This document shows positions 29,010-38,967 of a stretch of DNA of 64,000 bases, piece by piece. Source of the stretch: Verrucomicrobiota bacterium (lineage in GTDB: Bacteria; Verrucomicrobiota; Verrucomicrobiia; CAIQCK01). Numbering within the stretch: position 1 is the stretch's first letter; each line of letters opens with the position of its first letter. The position numbers were made by a program, and so were the translations under genes. The stretch spans positions 3,299 through 67,298 of the forward strand of contig JAPLTX010000020.1 in the NCBI GenBank assembly GCA_026397915.1. Reading direction: 5' to 3'. The notes under the pieces are model-generated. The model had not been told where the DNA came from. It worked only from the letters and a program-made list of their open reading frames with translations, and searched no databases.

Positions 29010-31388
29010 TCAACGACCGGCGTCAGACGCAGCCAGCGCGCTCATCGCCTCCAGCATCTCTGCGCGAACACGGTCGGCTGCCGTGCGATCCTTCGGCTCG
29101 GCCCACATCAGCTTGTCGGCGTCGGGCGCGTTGAGGACGCGGTCGGCGGCGGTGGCAAGCAGTTTCTTCGCGCGCTCGACGGCGGAACTCTTCTTGCCGG
29201 CTTTTTCCGCGGCGGCGATGCGGTCGCGCAGCGTGACGAAATACTCGTAGTCCTCGGCGCTCTCGCGAATGGCTTCCATCTGTTTGCTGCCGGTGACGGC
29301 GGTGGGTTCGAGAAAGAGCGGCGTGTAGCAGGTCGAGTGCGTCATGGCGTATTCGTTCCACGACGAGCCGCCGCCGGAGTCGCTGAACGCCCAGAAGAAC
29401 GACGCCTTGGCGCCGTATTGCCACGCAGTCCACGCTTGCAGCCGGAAATACGAATACGGATCGGCCAAGCGCGCTCCGATGTTGCAGGAGTAGAACGCCA
29501 GCTCCGTGCCGGCGGCATGGCGTTGCGCGTAGTAGTCGCGGAACTTTTGGTTGCCCGCCAGAAACATCGGGCGATTCGGACAGAGCACGTGGCAGAGCGC
29601 CATCATCTCCTGGTTCGCGGCGGCTGGATCGCTATGCGTCGGGTCTTCCCAAATCTTCACGCCGGTGTTGGCCGCGCGGACCGCCTTTGCCCACGGCAGG
29701 ATGACGTTGTCGCGCTTTGCCTCGGCGGGTTCGTCCACCAACAGGATGCAGAGTTGCTCCGGCTTCAGCCCGCGCTTCTTCGCGTGGTCCGCCCAGAATG
29801 TGATCCACTCGCGAACCTTCGCGTCAAACTCCGGCGTGCCCATCTTCGCCCGGCCGATCTGCTCGCCCACCGAGGCGAACACGCAATACTGCCGCGCGCT
29901 GGGCCAGAGCTGGAGCCATTCGTCGAAGCGGATCGTGTCGAGGCTGAACGGAAGCACAGCGCCTGTCGCCCACGGCGAATCCGCAAAATGTGCGCGCAGT
30001 TGGCGGATGAACGCGTCGCGGTTTTCCGGTGTGACGTCGCGGCCCTTGACAGCGTCGCTGTAATCCCATCCGCCCAAGTGGAGCGACGGCTGGTCGGGAA
30101 ACCGCAGCGGATACACGCGCAACGTCAGCGGGACGCGCAGCTTCGTCTTGCCGTTGGCCAACGAGATCGTGCCGCGATGCGTGCCCGGCTTGATGTCGGT
30201 CAGGTGGAACGTGAGCCAGACCTGCCGCGTCATGCCCGACGGCACGTTGATGATGAACGCATCGCCGTCGCGCCGCGCCTCCGGCAACGCCGCCGCCACG
30301 GCGATACCTTTGCGCGTGTCGGTCCAAGCGACCTCATGCACAGCGACATACGACGGGTTCGTTCCGCCGGGGAGACCGGTGATCTGTAAACGCAACTCGG
30401 CGGCGCTCTCGCCCGAGTTGCTGATGTTGAGCGCGCCGGCGCGGTATTCGTTCTGCATCATTGCCACGCTGACGCCGCCGGCTCCGCGCGGTGGCGCGCC
30501 AGTGATGTCGAGAGGGTCCCACAGATTTGCCGACGATACGGTGAGCGTCGCGGCCTTTTGAGCACGCCAGACCATCGCTTGTGCTCGGAAGACGCGCTCG
30601 TGGGTCGGATTCAGCGGCAGCGTGACGCGCGCCTTCGGGTCGTGACGCCGCGGCATGGACGACAACTCGCGCTCGACGGCGTCGAGTTCGGCCAGAATCT
30701 TCTTCGACGCTTCGCCTTTGAGCTTTGCGGCGGTCTCGCGCACGGCGAGCAGGTCTTTGCGGATGCGCTGCTCGAACGCGGCATGCAGTTGGTAGGCTTT
30801 CGCGTCGGTCACGCCTTCGCCGCTGAACGGCACCTTTAGCCAGTCCGGCTCACCACGGTAGATCTCGATCTCGTCCACGAACGTGTAAGACCCGCCCGGC
30901 GCCACCAGGAAGGACACGAAGCGGCCGTGCGTGCGCAACTCGCCGGTCCAGTAGCGATGGATGGCGTAGTCGGCCGGCGCGGCGCCGTGCTTCATGCCCA
31001 GATTAATCAACTCGCCGGCCGGGTAGAAGCTCTTGCCGTCGTCGCTGACGAGGACGACGATGCCCACTGGCCACGCCACGCCCGCGCGGCCCGCCGCGGT
31101 GTTGAACGACGCGCCGCGAATCGGCTGCACGGAGCCGAGGTCCACGGTGATCGTGACGCCGCCGACGCTTTGCCAGCCCACGGTGCTCTTCTGCGTCCAG
31201 AAGTAGCCTTTGGTGTAAACGCCGTCCGTGAGCTGTGTCTTGTCGCCGAGGTCGGTGCAGTAACCGTAGTTTGGCCGCGGATCGAACGTGTAGGATTTGC
31301 CGAGCGCGATATTTTCGCCAGGTCGGTCGGTTTGATCGGTGGCGGTGACTTGTGCGATCGTGAGGAGGAAGGCGAGTTGGTATTTCAT
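29010..31388 (-). CDS. Secreted protein with N-terminal discoidin (F5/8 type C)-like carbohydrate-binding domain and glycoside-hydrolase-like body
   Basis: Signal peptide MKYQLAFLLTIAQVTA and a discoidin-like N-terminal block. The remainder is large with no clear family. Its stop overlaps the start of the next minus-strand gene. Confidence 0.6.
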   Translation of the reverse strand: MKYQLAFLLTIAQVTATDQTDRPGENIALGKSYTFDPRPNYGYCTDLGDKTQLTDGVYTKGYFWTQKSTVGWQSVGGVTITVDLGSVQPIRGASFNTAAGRAGVAWPVGIVVLVSDDGKSFYPAGELINLGMKHGAAPADYAIHRYWTGELRTHGRFVSFLVAPGGSYTFVDEIEIYRGEPDWLKVPFSGEGVTDAKAYQLHAAFEQRIRKDLLAVRETAAKLKGEASKKILAELDAVERELSSMPRRHDPKARVTLPLNPTHERVFRAQAMVWRAQKAATLTVSSANLWDPLDITGAPPRGAGGVSVAMMQNEYRAGALNISNSGESAAELRLQITGLPGGTNPSYVAVHEVAWTDTRKGIAVAAALPEARRDGDAFIINVPSGMTRQVWLTFHLTDIKPGTHRGTISLANGKTKLRVPLTLRVYPLRFPDQPSLHLGGWDYSDAVKGRDVTPENRDAFIRQLRAHFADSPWATGAVLPFSLDTIRFDEWLQLWPSARQYCVFASVGEQIGRAKMGTPEFDAKVREWITFWADHAKKRGLKPEQLCILLVDEPAEAKRDNVILPWAKAVRAANTGVKIWEDPTHSDPAAANQEMMALCHVLCPNRPMFLAGNQKFRDYYAQRHAAGTELAFYSCNIGARLADPYSYFRLQAWTAWQYGAKASFFWAFSDSGGGSSWNEYAMTHSTCYTPLFLEPTAVTGSKQMEAIRESAEDYEYFVTLRDRIAAAEKAGKKSSAVERAKKLLATAADRVLNAPDADKLMWAEPKDRTAADRVRAEMLEAMSALAASDAGR

Positions 31389-32392
31389 GGCTCAAGAAAC
31401 CGGTTTGCCGGTTGGCGGAGAAGTTGCCAGATGCGCGTGAAGGTTTCCACTGGAAAACCCATCGCGCGCTTGAGTTGATAGTCGCGCTCTAGCGGATTCG
31501 GCTCGCGCTCCAAACGGCGAAATGTCCTCCAGTTCACCAGCCCGCGCATCCACGCCCAGTGGCCCATTACCGGCACGGGGAAGTCGCTGCCGTGCAGAAG
31601 CCGATGGACGAGCGGTTCGTGTAGACAGGCACGAAGGTGTTGGCTGCGGAAGGGAATGTTCAACGCACTGAGGTCGCCGTAGAGGCGTGGATAGCGGCGG
31701 GTCATTCCAACAAACGCGCCGAAGTAGTCGTGGTCGAACACGCTACCTTTGCCGGCGACGTGTGCGGCAATGACGGTGACGCCACACTGCAACGGCCGTT
31801 CCAGCACGCGTGGGTCAGCCCATTCCTGCCGGATGATCGGCACGGTGTGTTCACCGCCGGTATGCGCGAGCAGCGGCAACCTCGATTCCGCCAGCCGCTC
31901 CCAGAACCGCGTATAACGCCGGTCGTTGAAATCAATGTTCTGCGAGTTCGGTAGCAGCTTCATCATCACCGCGCCTGCCGCCAGACAGCGTTCGAGTTCC
32001 TCCATTGCGTCGGGGCGTGCTGAATGAATCGAGACCGCCGGCAGAAACTCCGGATGCCGGCGCGCGAGGGCTAGCACGTAGTCGTTTGGCACGTAGAGCG
32101 ATCCGATGCCCTCCATCCGGTGGCCGCGTTCGTCATACACGTCGTCGTGCGCGAGGATCACAGCCGCGCCCAGCGAGGACGTGCGCAGGAAGTTCAGCAG
32201 CGTCTCGACGTAGAGACGGTCGAGATCGCCGGCGAGCGCGTTTTGCGGCAGACCGTTGTGATGGAGCATGAACGCCGCCAGCAGCCGGTGCAGACCGCGA
32301 GGTCGCACCCAACAGCCGCTGCAGCTGGAGCCGTTGCCTACGATATGAACGTGCATGTCCACTGGTCTCATTGCCATTAACGGAATTTGCAT
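31385..32392 (-). CDS. Amidohydrolase-family metal-dependent hydrolase (TIM barrel)
   Basis: HVHIVGNG near the N-terminus (HxH metal motif) and later …AHTGGEH…, …HGSDFP… metal-ligand-like motifs; 335 aa. Confidence 0.65.
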   Translation of the reverse strand: MQIPLMAMRPVDMHVHIVGNGSSCSGCWVRPRGLHRLLAAFMLHHNGLPQNALAGDLDRLYVETLLNFLRTSSLGAAVILAHDDVYDERGHRMEGIGSLYVPNDYVLALARRHPEFLPAVSIHSARPDAMEELERCLAAGAVMMKLLPNSQNIDFNDRRYTRFWERLAESRLPLLAHTGGEHTVPIIRQEWADPRVLERPLQCGVTVIAAHVAGKGSVFDHDYFGAFVGMTRRYPRLYGDLSALNIPFRSQHLRACLHEPLVHRLLHGSDFPVPVMGHWAWMRGLVNWRTFRRLEREPNPLERDYQLKRAMGFPVETFTRIWQLLRQPANRFLEP

Positions 32393-32502
32393 GAGGGTTC
32401 AGGCGCGGCAAACAAGAAGATATCACAGCCGGTTTTCTCCTTTTCACCCGACGTGAGTTTTTTGTTTGCCTTCCACAGAAGTAGTCCGCACTTTGTCCGG
32501 CC

Positions 32503-33183
32503 ATGCAATTGCTCGCGGCAACACGCAACCGGCACAAGCTTGGCGAACTCCGCGCTATTCTCGGCGCGAGCTTTGAGGTGATCGGCCTCGACGCTGTGCC
32601 CACCGCAGCCGATGTCGTCGAAGATGAGCCGACGTTTGCCGGCAACGCGGCCAAGAAAGCGGTTTGGGCCGTGCAACTCGCGCCGCGTGACATGCTCGCG
32701 CTCGCCGACGATTCCGGCCTCGAAGTGGACGCTCTCGACGGTGCGCCGGGTGTGGTGTCGGCGCGTTACGCGCAGGAGACCGCCGGTCCGCGGCCCACCG
32801 ACCAGCAGAACGACGTGAAACTCCTGTGCGCACTGGCCGACGTGCCGGCGGAGAAACGCACAGCGCGTTTTCAGTGTGTCATCGCAATCGCGGGTGTGTC
32901 ACCCATGCTGGCGGTGGTGGCGAAACAAGCCGGTGCGCCGTGCGCACGACGCGGCGACTGGACGGTGGCGTTATGTGCCGGGACGTGCGAAGGCCGCATC
33001 CTGTTTGAGCCGCGCGGCGCGGGCGGATTTGGCTACGATCCGCTTTTCGTGCCGGTGGGCTATGATGCGACGTTTGCCGAGCTGGGCGAGGATGTGAAGA
33101 ACAGCATCAGCCATCGCGCGCGCGCGATGAGCCGGGCGAAGGCGTTGCTGGATGCGATAGGCTCGCGCGGGTTGACGCGATGA
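32503..33183 (+). CDS. rdgB: Non-canonical purine NTP pyrophosphatase (RdgB/HAM1 family)
   Basis: LLAATRNRHKLGEL…, DDSGLEVDALDGAPGVVSARYA and FGYDPLF motifs. Confidence 0.85.
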   Translation: MQLLAATRNRHKLGELRAILGASFEVIGLDAVPTAADVVEDEPTFAGNAAKKAVWAVQLAPRDMLALADDSGLEVDALDGAPGVVSARYAQETAGPRPTDQQNDVKLLCALADVPAEKRTARFQCVIAIAGVSPMLAVVAKQAGAPCARRGDWTVALCAGTCEGRILFEPRGAGGFGYDPLFVPVGYDATFAELGEDVKNSISHRARAMSRAKALLDAIGSRGLTR

Positions 33184-33570
33184 GATGGAGTGAGGCGCGG
33201 GGTTTACCGTGCGCAGCCTGAAAAAAGTTCCACTTGCAATTCTGTTTGAAGAGACCATTTTCTGTTGTCGTCGAACAAATTGATGTGCGACAGAGTTATT
33301 TGATATCCGGTTTTTGTGGGAGGTGATTCCTCAGGCGATCAACCGACTCGGCGGTCTGGTCGTTCCCCCTGGCATCAGGGGGCCTCCCACTATTTTTTCA
33401 CCGCGTCAGGAAAAAAAGCTGGCGCGTGAAACGACGGCGGGCGTAATCGGCCTGCAATCGTCCACGCGCCAGCTTCCTTTTTGCGGCTTGCGCTCTTGTT
33501 CTTGTAGCGGTTCCACCGCCGGTCGGTATTCTGCCTTGCGACAGCGGGGCGCGGCTCTTATCTTCGTAGC

Positions 33571-34671
33571 ATGGTCATTGGCGTTCCTCGCGAAATCAAG
33601 AACCACGAGTATCGGGTTGGCTTGCTACCGGTGCATGCGCATGTTTTGCGCGAGGCAGGACATCGGGTGTTGGTGCAGCGCAACGCGGGTGCCGGTAGCG
33701 GCGCGTGCGATAAGGATTATCGCGAGGCCGGCGCGACGGTAGTCGGCTCGGCACGGGAGGTTTATGCGCGGGCGGGCATGATCGTGAAGGTGAAGGAGCC
33801 GCAAGCGGGGGAATTTCGGCGGTTGCGGCCGAGGCAGATTGTCTTCACGTATTTCCATTTTGCGGCCAGCCGGGCGCTGGTGGAGGCGGTGATCGAGTCG
33901 CGCATTGTGGCGATTGCTTATGAGACGGTGCAGGCGGCGGACGGTTCATTGCCGTTGCTGGTGCCAATGAGCGAGATCGCGGGCCGGATGGCGGTGCATG
34001 AGGGTGCGAAGTATTTGGAGGAGCCGTTCAAGGGACGTGGGTTGTTGCTGGCGGGTGTGCCGGGCGTGGCACCGGCCAGGGTGGTTGTCATCGGAGGTGG
34101 TATCGTCGGTGCCAACGCGGCGAAGATGGCGGCGGGACTGGGGGCGGACGTGACCATACTGGATGTGTCACTGCCGCGGTTGCGCTATCTCGACGACGTG
34201 ATGCCGAAGAACGTCACAACGTTGATGAGCAATGCCTACAACATTCGTGATGCGGTGCGGCATGCCGACCTGCTCATTGGCGCGGTGCTGGTGACGGGGG
34301 CGAAAGCGCCGGTGTTGGTGAGCGAGGCTTTGGTGAAGCAAATGAAACGCGGCGCGGTGATCGTGGACGTGGCGATTGACCAAGGCGGCAGCATCGCTAC
34401 GTCGCGGCCTACGACGCACGGCGCGCCGACGTTCATCAAGCACGGCGTCGTTCATTACTGCGTGACGAACATGCCGGGGGCGGTGGCGCGCACCTCGACC
34501 TCTGCGTTGACCAACGCGACATTTCCTTACGTGCTGGAGATTGCCAACAAGGGTTGGCGCCGCGCGGTGGAGGAGAATGCCGTGATTCGGTCAGGCCTCA
34601 ACATTGTCGAAGGCGGCGTCGCTTTCGGCAAGATCGCCGAGCAGTTTCGGCTGCCGCTGCGCCAGTCATGA
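33571..34671 (+). CDS. ald: Alanine dehydrogenase
   Basis: N-terminal VPREIKNHEYRVGL, Rossmann VIGGGIVGANAA, 366 aa; AlaDH/PNT family. Confidence 0.88.
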   Translation: MVIGVPREIKNHEYRVGLLPVHAHVLREAGHRVLVQRNAGAGSGACDKDYREAGATVVGSAREVYARAGMIVKVKEPQAGEFRRLRPRQIVFTYFHFAASRALVEAVIESRIVAIAYETVQAADGSLPLLVPMSEIAGRMAVHEGAKYLEEPFKGRGLLLAGVPGVAPARVVVIGGGIVGANAAKMAAGLGADVTILDVSLPRLRYLDDVMPKNVTTLMSNAYNIRDAVRHADLLIGAVLVTGAKAPVLVSEALVKQMKRGAVIVDVAIDQGGSIATSRPTTHGAPTFIKHGVVHYCVTNMPGAVARTSTSALTNATFPYVLEIANKGWRRAVEENAVIRSGLNIVEGGVAFGKIAEQFRLPLRQS

Positions 34672-34750
34672 GTCGCGATAACTTTCATGCTTGCCGGCGG
34701 CCAGCCGCGCGCGTTGCTTTGGTCCGGAAGCTTTGCTACAAGGCGGTGGG

Positions 34751-35683
34751 ATGAACCCGTTTCGTTCAACGACACCTTGGGATTACGAAAGCGCATGGGT
34801 TCAGACGATGATTTTCATGGCAATCTTCGTCCTGGGCGGCGCGTGGCTGGTGTGGATCTGGCGGTCTCGCGGATCGGGGAAGAACCACTATATTTACGCG
34901 TCGGTGGCCATCGGGCTGGCTGCGCTCTTGCCGTTGGAACAACTCCTCGGCCCTTGGTTGTCCGCAAATCAGGTTTACCGGCTGACGCGGCTGACTCACT
35001 ACGGGCGCTACGTGTGCAGCGGTGCAGCGGTGTTGCTGGCGATGATCGGATTCATCCGGATTTATTTTCCAGGTCGCCGCCGAACCGTTGGCGGCCATCT
35101 GGCCGGCGCGATCGGGCTGGTGCTCGGCGCGCTGGTGGGCATTTTTACCTATACGCAACAGCTCTGGAAGATCGAGAACCCGCCGGATGTTCGCGAGATT
35201 CCCGACCACCCGGCCGCCCGCGGCGGACGTTATTTCATCAGCCAGGAGTGGAGGTTTGGTTTCATCGTGCCCGCGCGTGAGTGGTTGGAAGATCTGCCTG
35301 CTGTTCGTCCGAAAGACACCGTGGCTGTGTTGAACCAGCACACTTTGCGCGCTCACACCCGTGTTTATGTCGAGCGGGGAACGCCGTCGCTGCTGGCGTT
35401 GCGTGACCGCTGCTTGGCTGACCTGCGCGCGCTGAACCCTGACGTTGTGGTTGAGAAGGAAGAGAAGATGACCATCAACAACCTCGAAGCCATGCGGCTG
35501 GAAGCCCGAGCCACGCAGGATGGGACCGAGCGGCGATACTATTGCACCGTTTACATCGGTAAAGAAAATGAATGCGCCTATCGTGTCATCTCGTGGGCAC
35601 CCACCGCTGTTTATTCGCAAGTGCAGTCCGACATCGAATTCATTCACAAGACATTCCAACTGCTGGTTCGTCAGCAGAAGTGA
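34751..35683 (+). CDS. Integral membrane hypothetical protein
   Basis: Four predicted TM helices in the N-terminal half and a soluble C-terminal domain; no recognisable motif. Confidence 0.5.
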   Translation: MNPFRSTTPWDYESAWVQTMIFMAIFVLGGAWLVWIWRSRGSGKNHYIYASVAIGLAALLPLEQLLGPWLSANQVYRLTRLTHYGRYVCSGAAVLLAMIGFIRIYFPGRRRTVGGHLAGAIGLVLGALVGIFTYTQQLWKIENPPDVREIPDHPAARGGRYFISQEWRFGFIVPAREWLEDLPAVRPKDTVAVLNQHTLRAHTRVYVERGTPSLLALRDRCLADLRALNPDVVVEKEEKMTINNLEAMRLEARATQDGTERRYYCTVYIGKENECAYRVISWAPTAVYSQVQSDIEFIHKTFQLLVRQQK

Positions 35684-35902
35684 ACGCCCGTCCGTGCGAG
35701 GCTGGCACTGACAGGCCTGTTGCTGTGTTTAACCCGTCGGGCAGAGCGAGGGACCACCGTAAAGTGGCACGCAGTTCTCCGATGGTGTTTTTGTCCTCCG
35801 CAGTTCATCACGGCTTTCGCTCGTTTGGTCTTGGGAAGAAAAGCTTTCGTCCCGGTGCCGTTGTCTGGCGGCGGCGGCGGTTTTAGTCTTTGTGCGCATC
35901 GG

Positions 35903-37144
35903 ATGGGAAGGTTTATGATGCCAAACGTGCTCAAACACCGGAGCAAAATCTTGATCGTGTGCGGCGCGTGCCTGGCGTTCTGGACATTGCTGACGCTGGC
36001 GATGGCCGGCTATTTTGTTCTCGCCGCCGGGTTCGGCTGGGAACAGGCGCTGCGGATTTCCGTGCGCGACTGGGCGCCGTGGGCGTTGTTATCACCTTTG
36101 GTCGTTTGGTTGGCGCGGTGGTTGCCGTTCGAACGGAAGATGCTGCCTCTGAGCGTGCCCGGGCACATTGCCGGCTGCGCGCTGGCGGTGGCGGCTTGCA
36201 GTTGGATCGCGGATTGGATGCTGCCGCCGACGCCATGGTGGAGCGACTGGCAGCAGCGACGCCAACAATCTTCCAGCGGCACGAATGCGCCTTCGTTCTC
36301 CATCGAGGAACGTCCAGAGCCGAGAGCCGAGCGGTCGCGCGGCTGGTCGGCGGACCGTCGCGGTCGCAGGCCGTCGCCCAGCTCGTGGTTCTGGCTGCGG
36401 GCGCGGTCCCATGTTCCGGTTTACTGGGTGATCGTTTGCGCCGTTTACGCGTTGACCTACTATCGCAGATCGCAGGAGCGCGAACGGAAGGCGCTGGAGC
36501 TGTCCGCGAGCCTGGCGCAGGTGAGGTTGCAGGCACTGAAGATGCAACTGCACCCGCACTTCCTCTTCAACGCGCTGAACGCCATCGCGACGCTGCTCCA
36601 CAAGGATCCGCACGCCGCCGACGACATGATCGCCAACCTGAGCAACCTGTTGCGGCTGGCGCTCGATTGTTCAGAATTGCAGGAGGTGTCGTTGCGGAAA
36701 GAACTGGAGTTTTTGGATTGCTACCTGGACATCGAGCAGATGCGGCTGGGCGACAGGTTGCGCGTGGAGAAAAAGATCGAACCGGCCGCGATAAACGCCC
36801 AAGTGCCGGTCATGATTTTGCAACCGCTGGCGGAGAACGCCATTCGGCACGGTATCGAGCCGATGCGCAATCCCGGCGTCGTTACGATTCGCGCCGAACG
36901 CGAAGGCATGTTTCTGAACCTGACCGTCAGCAACACCGGCACGGGCGTGTTTGGTGCGGCTCCTGCCGCCAACCGACCCGGCATCGGTCTGGCCAACACT
37001 CGCGCGCGGCTTCAGGAGCTTTACGGGGCCAACGCGCAACTGGTCATGCAGCCCGCGGCGGACGGTAGTTTTTCCGTCAGCCTGCAAATTCCCCTTCGTT
37101 TTGAACCTCTCAACCCCGAACCGGAATGGAAGGACGCCACGTGA
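35903..37144 (+). CDS. LytS/YehU-type sensor histidine kinase
   Basis: Multi-TM N-terminus; His_kinase (PF06580-like) motif LHPHFLFNALNAI and HATPase region QPLAENAIRHGIEP…GIGLAN. Confidence 0.82.
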   Translation: MGRFMMPNVLKHRSKILIVCGACLAFWTLLTLAMAGYFVLAAGFGWEQALRISVRDWAPWALLSPLVVWLARWLPFERKMLPLSVPGHIAGCALAVAACSWIADWMLPPTPWWSDWQQRRQQSSSGTNAPSFSIEERPEPRAERSRGWSADRRGRRPSPSSWFWLRARSHVPVYWVIVCAVYALTYYRRSQERERKALELSASLAQVRLQALKMQLHPHFLFNALNAIATLLHKDPHAADDMIANLSNLLRLALDCSELQEVSLRKELEFLDCYLDIEQMRLGDRLRVEKKIEPAAINAQVPVMILQPLAENAIRHGIEPMRNPGVVTIRAEREGMFLNLTVSNTGTGVFGAAPAANRPGIGLANTRARLQELYGANAQLVMQPAADGSFSVSLQIPLRFEPLNPEPEWKDAT

Positions 37145-37902
37145 AAATAAAGGCGCTCATTGTGGATGACGAGCCGCTCGCTCGCGAGCGCATCCGGACC
37201 CTGCTCGCGAAGGAGCCGGACATTGAGGTCGTTGGCGAGTGCGCCAACGGCGACGAGGCGCTCGCGGCCATGAAGAAACAGCCGGTGGACCTGCTGTTCC
37301 TTGACGTGCAGATGCCGGAGATGGACGGCTTCGAATTGTTGAGCCGGCTTGGAAAGGATGCATTGCCGGCGGTCATTTTCGTGACGGCTTACGACCAGCA
37401 CGCCGTGAGGGCGTTTGAGATCCACGCGCTGGATTATTTGCTCAAGCCGTTCAAACAATCGCGTTTCAAGGAGGCGGTGCAGCGGGTGCGGGGCCAGATC
37501 GGGCGCCGGCAGACCGACGAGGTCTCCCAGCGGTTGCTCCAATTGCTGAGCGAACGCAAACCGGCGGCGGTTTATCTCAACCGGCTGACGGTGAGGGAGA
37601 ACGACCGCGTGCTGCTGGTGAAAGCCAGCCAGATCGAGTGGATCGAGTCGGCGGGTAACTACGTCGTGTTACATGTCGGCAAGCAGAACCACATTCTGCG
37701 TGAAACGCTTGCCGCGCTCGAAGCGCAACTCGACCCAAAACTGTTCCTGCGCGTCAGTCGCTCCGCGCTGGTCAATCTCGATCAGGTCCGGGAACTGCAA
37801 CCGCTCTTCAAGGGCGAGTATGTCGTGGTTCTGCTCAACGGACAGCAATTGCCGATGACCCGTGGCATCCGCGAGCTGGAGGAAAAACTGCGGTTTTCGT
37901 GA
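37126..37902 (+). CDS. LytR/AlgR-family response regulator (receiver + LytTR DNA-binding domain)
   Basis: Receiver region ALIVDDEPLARE…DLLFLDVQMPEMDGFEL. The C-terminal LytTR region is (…VKASQIEWIESAGNYVVLH…). The gene overlaps the kinase gene end. Confidence 0.85.
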   Translation: MEGRHVKIKALIVDDEPLARERIRTLLAKEPDIEVVGECANGDEALAAMKKQPVDLLFLDVQMPEMDGFELLSRLGKDALPAVIFVTAYDQHAVRAFEIHALDYLLKPFKQSRFKEAVQRVRGQIGRRQTDEVSQRLLQLLSERKPAAVYLNRLTVRENDRVLLVKASQIEWIESAGNYVVLHVGKQNHILRETLAALEAQLDPKLFLRVSRSALVNLDQVRELQPLFKGEYVVVLLNGQQLPMTRGIRELEEKLRFS

Positions 37903-38047
37903 CCAAGTTTTCGTCGTAGTTCTTTACAAGTCCGTCCCGTAAAAAGAGCGGTTCGTCCCAAATGTGTCGTGGAACATGGGATGGAGGACGGATGCTGCGC
38001 GCAACAAGGTTCTTTGGCCGCAATACCCAGCACGGAGGAAGCTGAAT

Positions 38048-38800
38048 ATGAAACTGTCACAAACTCTTATTGTCGGATTGGCGCTCGCGTTTTTCGCATC
38101 GTCCGGTTTCAGCCAGACGAAAACCGCCACGCCCGCGCAGCCCAAGCCGCAACCGAAGCGAGTCACCAACACCGCCGCCACGGTAAACAAGGCGCCCCAG
38201 AAATGGATCGGCGTGCGCGTCATGCCGCTGATGGGCACCACGCGGGCGCATCTGAAGAAGTATTTGCAGGGCATGCCCGAAGACGCCGGGTTGGTGGTTA
38301 CGGAGGTTTCCAATGAAAGCCCCGCTGCGGTGGCTGGCATCGAACGCTACGATGTCCTGCTCCGCGCTGACGGCCAGCCGCTGACGAAGGTGGAAACACT
38401 CCAGGAGCTTTTGGACAAGCGAAACTTTGCCACGACCGCGCGATTGGAGATCATCCACGAAGGCATGCCCAAGACCGTCTATGCGTTGGTCTTGGAAAAA
38501 CCCGATGGCGAGCCGGGTCTGGCGGGCGGTTTCCGCGGTGGCCCCGGTGGACGCGGCGGTCCCGGCGGACGCGGACGCGGTCCCTTTGGCGGCGGAACCT
38601 CAACGCTCACCTATACGGACGCGGACGGCAAGGAACAGAAAGTCACCGGTGATCAGGTGGGCGAGTTCTTCCGCAAGATGCGCGAGGACGAGAAGCTCCG
38701 CGAGGTCGTCAGCAAGCAAGGCTTCACCATCAACATCAAACCCGGCCCGCCGCCGTCGCAGCCCGGTGCCGACGCGCCACCGCCCCCGGCCAACCCATAG
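38048..38800 (+). CDS. Secreted PDZ-domain protein with Gly/Arg-rich and Pro-rich low-complexity C-terminal region
   Basis: GGAGGA Shine-Dalgarno upstream; signal peptide MKLSQTLIVGLALAFFASSGFSQ; PDZ-like GLVVTEVSNESPAAVAGIERYDVLLRADGQPL. Confidence 0.6.
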   Translation: MKLSQTLIVGLALAFFASSGFSQTKTATPAQPKPQPKRVTNTAATVNKAPQKWIGVRVMPLMGTTRAHLKKYLQGMPEDAGLVVTEVSNESPAAVAGIERYDVLLRADGQPLTKVETLQELLDKRNFATTARLEIIHEGMPKTVYALVLEKPDGEPGLAGGFRGGPGGRGGPGGRGRGPFGGGTSTLTYTDADGKEQKVTGDQVGEFFRKMREDEKLREVVSKQGFTINIKPGPPPSQPGADAPPPPANP

Positions 38801-38915
38801 TCTCATCGCAGCCGTTTCCGCAGGCAGGACTGTTCTACCGGATGGTTGGGGAGTCATGACGGCTTCCGTTGCAGACTATTGTGTTTGCTCGGACTCGCTT
38901 TTTCCGAAAAACGCT

Positions 38916-38944
38916 TGCGCGACTCCTGATGCGCGCCTATAGTC
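38916..38944 (+). promoter_or_regulatory. Candidate sigma-70 promoter of the atp operon (TTGCGC-17 nt-TATAGT)
   Basis: Near-consensus -35/-10 hexamers with 17-nt spacing lie ~25 nt upstream of the atpB start. They overlap an 8-bp inverted repeat (GCGCGACT…AGTCGCGC). Confidence 0.35.
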
Positions 38945-38967
38945 GCGCGCTTTTCCGGTCATTTTCG

